Assembly (NCBI GenBank): GCA_964534365.1
Contig: CAZHOI010000002.1
Location: forward strand, 8,138-72,137
Direction of reading: 5' to 3'
Source: an uncultured Candidatus Saccharibacteria bacterium
GTDB lineage: Bacteria > Patescibacteriota > Minisyncoccia > Phycocordibacterales > SW-6-46-9
Length of the DNA: 64,000 bases
A program made the position numbers and the translations under genes. A model generated the notes under the pieces. That model was given only the letters and a program-made list of their open reading frames with translations. It was not told where the DNA came from and did no database searches. Positions 1 through 12,175 of the stretch are shown here, piece after piece. Within the stretch, counting starts at the first letter, position 1, and every line of letters begins with the position of its first letter.

Positions 1-567
1 AAATTAATTTTTGAAGATTATCACACACGAATCCTATATATCTGTGTGCTAATAGAAATATGAAATTTCTATGCCATCAAAATGGTTATAGACGATTAAA
101 CGAAACAAAAAATTAACAATGTCTACTTTACGTTCATAATCCCGCTAGTCGGGATTACCTCACTATTGCATAGAAATTAAAATTTCTATTAGCGCACATT
201 TATAAAATTTTGTTTCTTGGCACAGATTATTTAATTTAAAATCCATTAGCATAACGCTAATAGATTTCTAATAGAAATCTATGCCGTTCAAAAGGTTTCA
301 CTACCCCTCACTCACTAAAAATTGAGTGAGGGGAGGTGGTTCACTTACAGACCGTAAGTGACTAAATTGTCAAAGGTCAACGATCTAGAATATTACTTGA
401 AACGTTTAACAAAAGCAACTGTTCCCAAGTCTATATTCAGTTGTGTTGTATGGAGTAATTTACCTTGTTAACAAATCGTCATGCGAAATTGTGTATGTGT
501 GGCAGGTATTAATGTCTATTGTAATTTAAAAAAACTAAAATGTAAAGATCTAGTTTAATTCTCAAAA

Positions 568-1473
568 CTAAATTACATAGTTTTGTTTAAATACCCGCTC
601 GAATTGGGCCATGGTTTTCATAAAAATCTCTCGGGTGAGTTCAAACGAACTACCCTCGTGTGCTACTCGATTACGAATCTTGTGAGCTTCCCAAGCATCT
701 CCCAGCCAGCCAGCATTGGCAGTACTAATTTGCTGTAGTTTCTCGGCCACGGTTCGCCCTTCGTAATTAAGACTTTGCAGAAGTTCATCTAACATAATAT
801 CAGCTTCCAGTATTGCGTGTCGCCAATCATTTTGATCATTGCTATCGATCAAATCCTCAATTTGCTTCCAACGGTTATTCCTCGATTGATATTCATTATT
901 TAGATCAGATTCTTTTTGATTTTCTTTAAGTTCTTCGTCGCGATAATTTGCCTGCAACGGTTCGCTAATTTTAATATTTTCTACTGTGGCTGCATCAGCT
1001 GATTTCTCTACCAATTTACCAACGTCTCCCATTACCGACCTGGTTGATACATCAGCATCGCTTTCATCATCAATTTTATAATAACCAATCTCTTCGTCCC
1101 AGGCTCGCATGATCCAGTAATAACGTAGATTGCTATAAATTATTATCAATAAACAGATAAAACTAATCACTGCCGCAAACCACACATACCACGGGGCTAG
1201 CTCGAATATAGAAAAACTGGCTAACCAATTCTGTACCGAGGTGGTAACATCCTCTATCCAGGTACTGGTTGAACTAACCATTGAAGGGTCGACCTCTGTC
1301 TGATTTATATTAACACCTTCAGTCAGTTGTGTTTGATCTGGCACATCTTCGCCTCCCGCAAAATTCCATGAATCGCTAGCCAAATTTCCCAGCAAGGCAA
1401 TGGCAAGCACTCCGCCAAATACCCACAGATACCATTCGAATCCAGCATCTGATCCTTTTTCATCCTCGGCCAT
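568..1473 (-). CDS. Membrane protein with C-terminal HEPN/DUF4145-like domain (CPR-type)
   Basis: Two hydrophobic segments, acidic linker, C-terminal AILEADIMLD...AWEAHKIRNRVAHE with an RxxxxH motif. Confidence 0.55.
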   Translation of the reverse strand: MAEDEKGSDAGFEWYLWVFGGVLAIALLGNLASDSWNFAGGEDVPDQTQLTEGVNINQTEVDPSMVSSTSTWIEDVTTSVQNWLASFSIFELAPWYVWFAAVISFICLLIIIYSNLRYYWIMRAWDEEIGYYKIDDESDADVSTRSVMGDVGKLVEKSADAATVENIKISEPLQANYRDEELKENQKESDLNNEYQSRNNRWKQIEDLIDSNDQNDWRHAILEADIMLDELLQSLNYEGRTVAEKLQQISTANAGWLGDAWEAHKIRNRVAHEGSSFELTREIFMKTMAQFERVFKQNYVI

Positions 1474-1551
1474 ATTTACAAATTATACCACTTCAATTTC
1501 GTTCAATTCAGACCCTAAACCAAGGCCGCGGCCCGCGCAGTTCCACAAATG

Positions 1552-2943
1552 CTAAATACTATAAGATTTTTCAACTAGTTCACCTAATCTAAAACACCAG
1601 TTGTCGCGCAAGTGCGGGCACATCAACTGAAAGCCAGTTGGTAGATGACTACCATCAGATAATACCGAACCATTAGGAATCGATATCGCCGGAATTTGGG
1701 CGATATTGGCAGGGATGGTAAAAATATCTTCCAGATACATTTGTACAGGATCGGTAGTCTTTTCTCCTATTTTAAAAGCGGGGCCCGGAGTGGTAGGTGT
1801 TGCAATTCCATGAATTCCAGATTCAAAAATTTTTATAAACTCCCGAGTAATTGCCTCGCGGACTTGTAGGGCCTGACCGTAATATGAATCATAATAGCCG
1901 GCCGACAAGACATACGTGCCCAGCAAAATCCGACGCTGAACTTCATCACCAAAACCGGCTTCGCGTGATTCAAAATAATCATCAATCATATCTCGACCAT
2001 TTACATGCAGACCAAATTTAATTCCATCATAACGACCCAGGTTTGACGATACTTCGGCTGGCATAATGATGTAATAGGCTGGTAGTGAATATTTCATTGT
2101 GGGCAATTCAATATCACGTATCTCGACCCCCTGCGATTTCAAGTTTTCAAGTGTTTGGTTAAAATTTTGTAAAACACCATCATCAATTCCTTCTCTTTCT
2201 ATCTCGGACCACGGAACTCCAATGACCCATTTATTAGGCGCCGAAACCTTATCGGCTTCATGCCATTGCTGATTAGTAATAGTAGTCAGATCATATTGAT
2301 CCTCGCCACGCATAATATTAAAAATAGTTTTACAGTCTTGAACTGTATTTGCCATCGGACCAATTTGATCCAGTGATGACCCCATCGCAATCGCGCCGTA
2401 TCGCGACACCGATCCATACGTTCCCTTCATACCAACTATTCCACACATGGCCGCAGGTTGACGAATAGATCCCGCCGTATCAGTGCCCAGGGCAACTGGA
2501 ACCAGGCCGGCAGCAACCGCTGCAGCGGAACCCCCAGATGATCCTCCCGGAACACGAGTATGATCTAGCGGATTTAAGGTGGGTCCAAAAGCCGAGGTCT
2601 CGGTCGATGACCCCATTGCAAATTCATCCATATTAGCCCTACCGATAAAATAGGCTCCGGCATCTTGCAACCGCTTTAGTGCGGTTGCGGTATATGACGC
2701 TTGATAGATTTCGAGCATTTTAGACGATGCTGATGCTATATGATCTTCCAGTAAGAGATTGTCTTTAATAACAATAGGCACGCCACCCAATGGTCCTGCA
2801 TCATGACTAGTCGGCTCATCATCAAATACATCCACCACTGCATTCAAATCACTTTGATTGATTTTGTCTACCAGTTCATCCCTTAGACTTTGAGAGTCTT
2901 TTTCTCTTGTCTCTTTAATTGTTAGATTGGTGTCGTAAGTCAT
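1552..2943 (-). CDS. gatA: Asp/Glu-tRNA amidotransferase subunit A
   Basis: Amidase signature: IKDN, NMDEFAMGSSTE, PGGSSGGSAAAV, LGTDTAGSIRQPA; RRILLGTYVLSAGYYD. Confidence 0.97.
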   Translation of the reverse strand: MTYDTNLTIKETREKDSQSLRDELVDKINQSDLNAVVDVFDDEPTSHDAGPLGGVPIVIKDNLLLEDHIASASSKMLEIYQASYTATALKRLQDAGAYFIGRANMDEFAMGSSTETSAFGPTLNPLDHTRVPGGSSGGSAAAVAAGLVPVALGTDTAGSIRQPAAMCGIVGMKGTYGSVSRYGAIAMGSSLDQIGPMANTVQDCKTIFNIMRGEDQYDLTTITNQQWHEADKVSAPNKWVIGVPWSEIEREGIDDGVLQNFNQTLENLKSQGVEIRDIELPTMKYSLPAYYIIMPAEVSSNLGRYDGIKFGLHVNGRDMIDDYFESREAGFGDEVQRRILLGTYVLSAGYYDSYYGQALQVREAITREFIKIFESGIHGIATPTTPGPAFKIGEKTTDPVQMYLEDIFTIPANIAQIPAISIPNGSVLSDGSHLPTGFQLMCPHLRDNWCFRLGELVEKSYSI

Positions 2944-2955
2944 CAGTTATGGTTA

Positions 2956-3297
2956 TCAGTTATCCGTTTTAGTAATTATCTTCTTAACCTTAAGATAACC
3001 ATCTTTTGAATCAGGGGCTACTCGCATAATTTCATCAGTGTAAGTTCCCGGCTCGATCGGATCCTCATCAGCTCGCAGTCGATTTTTAGTTAATCTGAAA
3101 AAATCTTTTGGTTCGACATCAGGTACGTCAGCCTCGCGAATCTGATCGACAAAGCTTAATACTTTGGTAATGCTTTCATGCAATTCCCTCTCTTGTTCAG
3201 CATCAACTTTAATCCGTGCCAGTTTTGCAATAGATTGAATATCAAAATATGATTTCTTGGTATTTTTATTCATTTCAATAACTATATCAGCAACCAT
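2956..3297 (-). CDS. gatC: Asp/Glu-tRNA amidotransferase subunit C (start may be ATG at 3273)
   Basis: IAKLARI...LRADE...AP...GYLKVKKI pattern; directly upstream of gatA. Confidence 0.9.
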   Translation of the reverse strand: MVADIVIEMNKNTKKSYFDIQSIAKLARIKVDAEQERELHESITKVLSFVDQIREADVPDVEPKDFFRLTKNRLRADEDPIEPGTYTDEIMRVAPDSKDGYLKVKKIITKTDN

Positions 3298-3310
3298 ATC
3301 TAGCCTCTAG

Positions 3311-3328
3311 AGTATTATATATAATACT
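3311..3328. promoter_or_regulatory. Perfect 18-bp palindrome AGTATTATATATAATACT, putative operator; related copies at 3892-3909 and 3954-3971
   Basis: Read directly; three copies bracket the TrpR-like gene. Confidence 0.6.
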
Positions 3329-3474
3329 GACTTTATTTTTTAGAAAATAATAATAAACTATCCTAAGACTAAAAAGATAATTTATCCTCCGATTTAAGGA
3401 TCTGAGGTCCACTTTGTGATGTATCTAATATTTATGAACTAAAACTCCCATATTGATATGATACATAATCCCCA

Positions 3475-3894
3475 CTAATTTGATTTTAATAGTCTTTTTG
3501 GCAAATTTTTGTAGCGATCTTTACCTACATAACTCGGCAACCCCATCCGACTAAAAGTCTCGATTAGTTTCCACATTTCATCTCGGGCTTTTTTCTTGTC
3601 CCATAACTTCACTAAATCGTCAAACCTCCCTGATTCCAGGTCAACTTGTAGTCGTTGAACTGTTTGTATTGTTACGCTACACATTTTCGAAATTTTATAA
3701 CTTGACAACCCATCGCCAATCAAAAAAATAATCGACAAACGCTTGGCCAACATAATGCGCTCGGTATCTGTTAACAAACTTCTTACCGCTATTGAAGTAT
3801 TTGATTTTGATAGAGTGTCCAACCAATTGCTAAAATTTTTATCTAAAGTAAATTGCTGTTTATCAGAAAGCTTTTTCTTTGATACGTGAGGCAT
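3475..3894 (-). CDS. TrpR-like (YerC/YecD family) HTH protein
   Basis: MPHVSKKKL start; LLTDTERIMLAKRL...G.SSYKISKMCSVTIQTV HTH typical of the TrpR/YerC family. Confidence 0.8.
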   Translation of the reverse strand: MPHVSKKKLSDKQQFTLDKNFSNWLDTLSKSNTSIAVRSLLTDTERIMLAKRLSIIFLIGDGLSSYKISKMCSVTIQTVQRLQVDLESGRFDDLVKLWDKKKARDEMWKLIETFSRMGLPSYVGKDRYKNLPKRLLKSN

Positions 3895-4021
3895 ATTATA
3901 TATAATACCATTGTACCAAATGTTTATTTGAAATGAATTTCATAAACTTATGTAGTGCTATATATAATACTAAAATTCTAATCATAATTTAGTCTTATAT
4001 ACATTAGCTTTCTTTAAAAAT

Positions 4022-5449
4022 CTAGCCCAAAGATTTATAATGCTTTATAGCCACTTCTCTTTCTTCTTTATGACTTACTATTGGTTTTGGGTAATTTGTC
4101 CCCTCGAGGGCAATATCAAGTTCTTCATCTGACATTTCTCCTAGTTTATGAAGTACTTTACATTCAACATCTTTTAACTCGGGGATATATTTTTTAATAT
4201 ACAAACAATTTTTATCAAATTTTTCTTGCTGGGTCCAGGGATTAAATATTCTAAAATATGGTGCCGAGTCCGCGCCTGTCGAGGCCGCCCACTGCCACCC
4301 GCCATTATTATTAGCAGGATCATAATCAACCAAATGATTAGCAAACCAGCGCTCGCCATCGCGCCAATCCAAATGTAAATCCTTAGTTAGAAATGATGCC
4401 ACTATCATGCGCACGCGATTGTGCATCCAACCATCTCGCAATAATTGACGCATTCCAGCATCAATGATAGGAAATCCAGTCATACCCTGTTGCCACCTCT
4501 CTAGTAATTCATCTTTTGAGACATTCGATGTTTCGACTCCTGCCCAGTCCATACCCTGATATTTCTCTTGAAACTCATCACCCAAAACATAGGGAAAAGC
4601 ATAGAGTAAATGTAAATAAAAGTCCCGCCAATACAGCTCGGTAATATATTTGGAAGTCGGACTTCCAAATACTTCAATTGCATGCCAATAAACCTCGCGA
4701 ATCGATAAGGTGCCGAATGTTAAGTGCCCGGATATTTCGCTAGTTGAAATCTCTCCAGGATAATGGCGGTTGGCACGATAATCTGTCAAATCTTTGAGCT
4801 GGGCTAATTTGTTCAGCCCATGTGATCGCCCTCCTATCTGACGTGATGAATTACCCCCTGGATCCAGATCGCTCAAGATTGTTTTATTTGCTAGTAGGCC
4901 GCTTTGCGTTGTAATCAGATTTGCAGCACTAAACTTTGCCGGTTTGGCAACAGTTTGATTTATCGCTTTGCGTTTAAATGGGGTAAAAACTTTATAAGGC
5001 TGACCATCGTTTGTCGCCACCGATCCGGGTGCGGTTAATAAAACGTCAGCGAAAGTCACCAAATCAATCTCTTTACTGTCTATAACCGTTTTAATATTAG
5101 CATCACGTTGCAAGGCATATGGGGTATAGTCATTATTAAAATACACAGCCGCACATTTTTGCTCGACCGCTAAACGAGGAATCTCTTCCCAGGGCAATCC
5201 TTGTAAAAAATGTAACTTTGAACCTTTCTTTTGTAACTCCTCATATAGCTCTCGCAGTGACTCAATTAAAAATCGAAAGCTATTTTCGCCAAAGTAATCA
5301 TTTTGCTGTTTATCATATTGCGCTGGATCAAAACAAAATACTGGGATCACCTCTTGTGAATCTTCGCATGCTTTTATCAAAGCCGTATTGTCCTCTAGGC
5401 GATAATCGCGACGAAAAACAAATAGTGATTTTATATATTTTTTACTCAC
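4022..5449 (-). CDS. phrB: Deoxyribodipyrimidine (CPD class I) photolyase
   Basis: FRRDYRLEDN, ELYWRDF, GMTGFPIIDAGMRQL..GWMHNRVRM, DYDPANNNGGWQW, RIFNP. Confidence 0.95.
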   Translation of the reverse strand: MSKKYIKSLFVFRRDYRLEDNTALIKACEDSQEVIPVFCFDPAQYDKQQNDYFGENSFRFLIESLRELYEELQKKGSKLHFLQGLPWEEIPRLAVEQKCAAVYFNNDYTPYALQRDANIKTVIDSKEIDLVTFADVLLTAPGSVATNDGQPYKVFTPFKRKAINQTVAKPAKFSAANLITTQSGLLANKTILSDLDPGGNSSRQIGGRSHGLNKLAQLKDLTDYRANRHYPGEISTSEISGHLTFGTLSIREVYWHAIEVFGSPTSKYITELYWRDFYLHLLYAFPYVLGDEFQEKYQGMDWAGVETSNVSKDELLERWQQGMTGFPIIDAGMRQLLRDGWMHNRVRMIVASFLTKDLHLDWRDGERWFANHLVDYDPANNNGGWQWAASTGADSAPYFRIFNPWTQQEKFDKNCLYIKKYIPELKDVECKVLHKLGEMSDEELDIALEGTNYPKPIVSHKEEREVAIKHYKSLG

Positions 5450-5481
5450 ATAATTAGTTTATATTTTATTGCCACGGCTTT

Positions 5482-7230
5482 CTACCCGGTTTGTTGTCGC
5501 CACATCGCTCGATACAGTGAATCTCGGGATATCAGCTCCTCATGATTGCCCTGTTCAATTATTTTTCCAGCCCGTAGAACTAGAATTTTATCAGAATCCA
5601 TGATTGTTGATAGTCGGTGAGCAATTTGCACAATCATTAAATTAGGATTAGATTTTCGGATTAATTTTATAGTTTGAACAATTTGTCTTTCGGTAAGTGA
5701 ATCCAGAGCTGAAGTTGCTTCGTCAAATATTAGCAAGCCTGGATCCCTCAACAATGATCGGGCAATAGCCAGACGTTGACGTTCGCCACCGGATAATTTA
5801 ATGCCGGTTTCTCCAATCGTCGCATCCAGTCCAATACCAGTTTCTTTGTCACCACGTGACAATAACCCTTCGGCTTGTGACTGGCGCAGAACTTGCACTA
5901 TCTCCTGATCGGTCGCTTCTGGTTTTACAAAGCGCAAATTTTCTCGGATTGTGCCCGAGAATAATTGAGTGTCTTGTGACACATAACCAATCTGGTGGCG
6001 ATAGGTAGAAAAATTTATTAAATCAGCAGAAATATCATTGATTTGTAGCTGGCCCGCGGTAGGTTGGTACAAACCGACCAGCAATTTTATCAAAGTCGAT
6101 TTACCTGATCCTGACGGACCAACAAATGCAACCGTTTTGCCTGGCTTAATTTCCAAACTTATCTGTGAGACTGCGGTTTGATCAGAGCTGGGATACTTAT
6201 AACTAACCTCGTCTAGCACGATTTTTTGCAACAAATTAACCTGTTGCTCTCCAGTTTCATAATCAGATTTGGGCAATGATAGAATTTTTTCCAGCTCCTC
6301 ATTGGACGCCTTGGCCTGTTGATAAGTAGCTAATACAGTAGAAAGATTATAAAGTGGTCCGAACACGTAAAAGGTGTAAAAAATAAAAATGGTAAATTCA
6401 CCAAGCGTAATATCGCCGGTAAAAATTAGATACAAAGTAACGAACAGTACCAAAACTCGTACCAAATTAACTAAAGTGCCCTGGATAAACGTCAAAGTTC
6501 GCAACAGCACGACTTTTTTTAATTCCAATGACAGTACTTTTTCATTTAGGCCCAGCAATCTGGCTACTTCCTGGGCTACTAATCCCAATGCTTTAACCAA
6601 ACTAATGTTGCGAATTGTTTCGGTGGCCGAACCTGCCAAATCAGCCGATTGCGCCACAATTACTTGTTGAGCGGCACGAATTTTCTTAGATAGGAAGAAA
6701 GTAGTTAATCCAACGACTGGAATCAGTAGTACAAAAGTACTAAAAATATGAGGATGTACTAAATAGGCGTAAACCAACACAAACACCATCGCAATCAAAG
6801 ATAGAAATACATCATTAATTAACGACGTTAAGAATTTCTTCGAGTCATCGCGCGCTTTTTCAATATTTAATAAGATCGACCCTGATCGCTGATCCTCAAG
6901 TGACGAAAACGGCAGGTCAAACACATGCTTGATCGCATCTGCATACAATTCAGTTCCAACTGATTCGGTTAGAACATTTACGTAATAATCTTGAAACGCT
7001 TTGGCGGTGCGTGAAATCAAGGCAGTTGCTACCAACGCCATTAACCAAACCCCTACCCCTTGTAAATATCCTGATTGATTGAATTCACCAAAATTAGTCG
7101 CATAATCATCAATCAAAATCCTCATAATTTGAGGGTCTAGTAAGGAAAATATTTGATTAATAACTGCTAGCAAGATTGCTAGTCCCAAGAGTTTTTTTGA
7201 ACTTAAAGTGTATTTACGTAATAGCTCCAC
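5482..7230 (-). CDS. ABC exporter, fused permease/ATPase
   Basis: N-terminal TM domain, Walker A GPSGSGKST, LSGGERQR signature, Walker B LLIFDEATSALD, H-loop. Confidence 0.93.
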   Translation of the reverse strand: MELLRKYTLSSKKLLGLAILLAVINQIFSLLDPQIMRILIDDYATNFGEFNQSGYLQGVGVWLMALVATALISRTAKAFQDYYVNVLTESVGTELYADAIKHVFDLPFSSLEDQRSGSILLNIEKARDDSKKFLTSLINDVFLSLIAMVFVLVYAYLVHPHIFSTFVLLIPVVGLTTFFLSKKIRAAQQVIVAQSADLAGSATETIRNISLVKALGLVAQEVARLLGLNEKVLSLELKKVVLLRTLTFIQGTLVNLVRVLVLFVTLYLIFTGDITLGEFTIFIFYTFYVFGPLYNLSTVLATYQQAKASNEELEKILSLPKSDYETGEQQVNLLQKIVLDEVSYKYPSSDQTAVSQISLEIKPGKTVAFVGPSGSGKSTLIKLLVGLYQPTAGQLQINDISADLINFSTYRHQIGYVSQDTQLFSGTIRENLRFVKPEATDQEIVQVLRQSQAEGLLSRGDKETGIGLDATIGETGIKLSGGERQRLAIARSLLRDPGLLIFDEATSALDSLTERQIVQTIKLIRKSNPNLMIVQIAHRLSTIMDSDKILVLRAGKIIEQGNHEELISRDSLYRAMWRQQTG

Positions 7231-7241
7231 AAGTTAGGAAA

Positions 7242-9023
7242 TTATTCAATGGTTTGCATCATCCAGACATTGGGACAGTCGTAGCCAAAACCATTCCAGC
7301 GACACACAAAGTTAAGAATATAACCGGGTGTAGTCAATTGAGTTTGTGGTATCTGAGCAAATCCTCCTTCACGCAACCAAGCCGAATTAATCCTACTGCC
7401 ATTGCCGCTAGGTTCCAAAGTAAATGATTGCCACGAATCACCATTCCAGTAATAACCCAAATCGTATATTATGTCACGACCATCATCGACCCCGACCACT
7501 AAATCAACTTGGCTACCGTCGCAATCAGCATTTACCAAATTATTACCATCATTGTCTAATGGATCTGCATATCCCGGTGGCACCTGTGATCCATCCGAGA
7601 TACCATCACAATCACCAATTGCAGTGTTTGAACCAGGTCCGGTATCAAAATCAAGCGAAGTCATAAACAAAGACTCATCAGGCGACCTAGTTGCCAGATA
7701 TATATTATTATCTAATACCGCCAAAGCACTAAATTCCCCTGCTGTAGAATATAGCTCCAAAATTTCTTCAACTGTTTCGCCGTTAGTTCTGTAAACTTTT
7801 TGGGTGCCATTGTGTGGGTGGGATAAAAACATGACCGTATTTTCGTCTGTTTTATAAATATCCAGAACATCTGATACGTAACTTTCGTTGTTCTCAATTT
7901 CAAATATAACTTCTGTAGTACTTGATGTTAAATCAGTCGAGGCATACAATTTACCAGCTCTAGCTATCAAAACCTCTTCTCCGGTTGAATCGATAATGAC
8001 CTCAGCCTCTTCTAGTGCCCAGCTGTAATTACTCAAGCTTTCAGGAAAAACATCGCTACGAAGCCTGGCCTCGGACCTGAATCCCGCCGAGTATTCTGGA
8101 TCGTATTTCATCAAAAAAGTCGCCTGAGGTTCTCCGTCGCGAACACCAAAACTGGTTGGTGGCAAATTTGAGTTAACTGCGTATACGTTACCTTTAAATT
8201 CGAAAATTTCCGTTATACTACCCCCAACTTCATCGTCATTATTATCTGATAATGGTTGTAAATACTGGGTAAAACTTTCTCCATTATCGATACTTACCGC
8301 AATTCCAGGATAACGATGGCGTAATCTACCGCTAGGATATCTACCATCAGTTGTTTTGTCCATGTCAATAAACACTTCGGTATTTTCAGTACTACTATTT
8401 ACCCTTGCGAATGTAGCTCGAGAATGTTCGCCGTTACTAGCCTGTTCAAAATCCCAACTTCCATCTTCGTTACGTCTAAACATTTGAATCCCCCCGCCAA
8501 TGGCATCTAGGCTATTGTAATATAAATTATTATCAATTTCTTGAATGCTTGAAGTTCCTTCTTGAGGCAATCTTCTAATTCTGGTCTCATTATTATTAAC
8601 ATAAACGTCGTGCCCCCATTGTGTTGCCATTACATCATAATAGATTGGAACTACATTTGGCCCATTGGGAAACCCAGTTGCATAAGTAGCTATAAAAACT
8701 TTTTTTTGAGTACTGGTATTAACTGTTGCCAAATCTTGAATGTTGTCTCGATAATCGTCTGGGTTGTTGTAATAAGTTGCATATGGTGATCCCAAGGGTT
8801 CTAATTCAGGGTTCGCTGTTGCAATAGGTCCAGTATTTTCCCCCAATACTAATCCCGGCATTATAATTGGTTTTAACACATTAGCTATCGCAGGACTAGC
8901 AGCAAAACTTATCATTAGCAATGCAGAAATTAATCCAAAACCAGAAAAAATATTCGCAATTTTGATCACTAATAAACATTGTATCACTTTTATTTTAATT
9001 GCTGCTGTAATATACCTTGCCAT
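7242..9023 (-). CDS. Secreted/surface protein, probable beta-propeller plus Cys/Trp-rich C-terminal domain
   Basis: N-terminal hydrophobic segment, GLVLGE motif, Asp-box-like SIDNGESF, C-terminal IYDLGYYW...W...C.W...C..W. Confidence 0.6.
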   Translation of the reverse strand: MARYITAAIKIKVIQCLLVIKIANIFSGFGLISALLMISFAASPAIANVLKPIIMPGLVLGENTGPIATANPELEPLGSPYATYYNNPDDYRDNIQDLATVNTSTQKKVFIATYATGFPNGPNVVPIYYDVMATQWGHDVYVNNNETRIRRLPQEGTSSIQEIDNNLYYNSLDAIGGGIQMFRRNEDGSWDFEQASNGEHSRATFARVNSSTENTEVFIDMDKTTDGRYPSGRLRHRYPGIAVSIDNGESFTQYLQPLSDNNDDEVGGSITEIFEFKGNVYAVNSNLPPTSFGVRDGEPQATFLMKYDPEYSAGFRSEARLRSDVFPESLSNYSWALEEAEVIIDSTGEEVLIARAGKLYASTDLTSSTTEVIFEIENNESYVSDVLDIYKTDENTVMFLSHPHNGTQKVYRTNGETVEEILELYSTAGEFSALAVLDNNIYLATRSPDESLFMTSLDFDTGPGSNTAIGDCDGISDGSQVPPGYADPLDNDGNNLVNADCDGSQVDLVVGVDDGRDIIYDLGYYWNGDSWQSFTLEPSGNGSRINSAWLREGGFAQIPQTQLTTPGYILNFVCRWNGFGYDCPNVWMMQTIE

Positions 9024-9053
9024 ATCACCTATTAGTCGTTTTTATAATCGAAT

Positions 9054-11036
<1,983 letters not shown>

Positions 11037-11072
11037 TTATTAATAGTATACGGTTGTTAGTCAGGTTTTTTC

Positions 11073-11111
11073 AAAAAAAAGAACCGCACTCCATGCCCCA
11101 TTGGAGTGCGG
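11073..11111 (-). terminator. Intrinsic terminator
   Basis: ACCGCACTCCA/TGGAGTGCGGT stem followed by a T-run on the minus strand. Confidence 0.7.
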
Positions 11112-11121
11112 TGCGGGTACT

Positions 11122-11307
11122 TCATCGGGCAAGCGGCCCGACAGACGTTACTGCTACCAGGTACAGAAACAGTGCCAGGAGCGCGATAGCGCGACCAGCA
11201 TTAGTTCGAAGTACCCAATCTAACAGTTTGCCGGTTTTGGATATTATCCAGTCTTTGCAGTCTGCGCAAAGTGCAGTCCAAAGGACTTGCATTTCTGGAT
11301 TACGCAT
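11122..11307 (-). CDS. Small membrane protein, hypothetical
   Basis: 61 aa, C-terminal TM helix, own terminator immediately downstream. Confidence 0.45.
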   Translation of the reverse strand: MRNPEMQVLWTALCADCKDWIISKTGKLLDWVLRTNAGRAIALLALFLYLVAVTSVGPLAR

Positions 11308-11526
11308 GATTCTAGGGGAAAGGACAAACCACGAGACGGGGCCGCGTATGGCCGGGCTTCATAATCAACTCGAAGCTGGTGAAACCCTGACTAATTGCGG
11401 TCGGATCAGCAGGCTAGCTGGCCAGGTGGCTTGATCTTAATATAGCAAATTAAGCGTTGTAACAAAATACCCCTAAACCAAATCCAAATGGTCAAGGGGT
11501 CGGATCAAAAGAACAGAAGGAACATG

Positions 11527-11964
11527 CTATTCCAACACCTCGTGCTGGGGTGGGACTAATCTCAACTGAACGCAAACCGGGTGGTCGTATTGCGGTGCAA
11601 TGCCCACCGGCTGACCGTCCAAATAAATTATCGCTTTCGGATCAATAATTTGGAAACGATCCCCTAACCACAGTCCGGACGCATCCGGCAGATTTAGCAA
11701 CACCCAATCATATCCAGGGGCAGAAACTTGAACTTCTGGCTGGCTGCGCCAGGCCAGCTGCACCAGCGTTCGATCATAGCAACGCACGCCCGCGATAATG
11801 TAGCGATGACGCAATTCAGATGGAGTCACTTCCTCCAGCCTGGCTTCGGAACTACTATCGTCCCATTGATAGATCAGCTTTGCAGCCGAGGGCTGTTGAT
11901 CGTTAGCGCTATTGGTAGCACACCCGCATAGCAGTAAGGTGGTTAAACAGATGATCGTTTTCAT
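11527..11964 (-). CDS. Putative lipoprotein, hypothetical
   Basis: MKTIICLTTLLLCGC signal with lipobox; hairpin plus T-run at about 11464-11500. Confidence 0.6.
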   Translation of the reverse strand: MKTIICLTTLLLCGCATNSANDQQPSAAKLIYQWDDSSSEARLEEVTPSELRHRYIIAGVRCYDRTLVQLAWRSQPEVQVSAPGYDWVLLNLPDASGLWLGDRFQIIDPKAIIYLDGQPVGIAPQYDHPVCVQLRLVPPQHEVLE

Positions 11965-11965
11965 G

Positions 11966-12175
11966 TTAACGGCCAGAAGGGGTTGTGGTTGTATCGGCGG
12001 AGAGCTTTTCTATATAAGCTCTTTTCTCTTTATTAACATTAACTAGGTTTGTTCGCTCGGTAGCGATAGCATATTTAGCACAAAACGGAAAAAACCATAA
12101 AATAAATGCAAGTCCTAATGCATACACTGGAATAGTGCAATACAGCAACTTTGCTGCCTCGGCTAACTTATCCAT
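11966..12175 (-). CDS. Small single-TM protein, hypothetical
   Basis: ATG start, one TM helix, stop 1 bp before the next ATG. Confidence 0.45.
   Translation of the reverse strand: MDKLAEAAKLLYCTIPVYALGLAFILWFFPFCAKYAIATERTNLVNVNKEKRAYIEKLSADTTTTPSGR

Noticed and set aside
46-285. Possible CRISPR array
   Set aside because: Only three units, mixed orientation, variable interiors, irregular spacing, no cas genes
1552-3297. gatB missing next to gatCA
   Set aside because: gatB is often unlinked; absence from one window is uninformative
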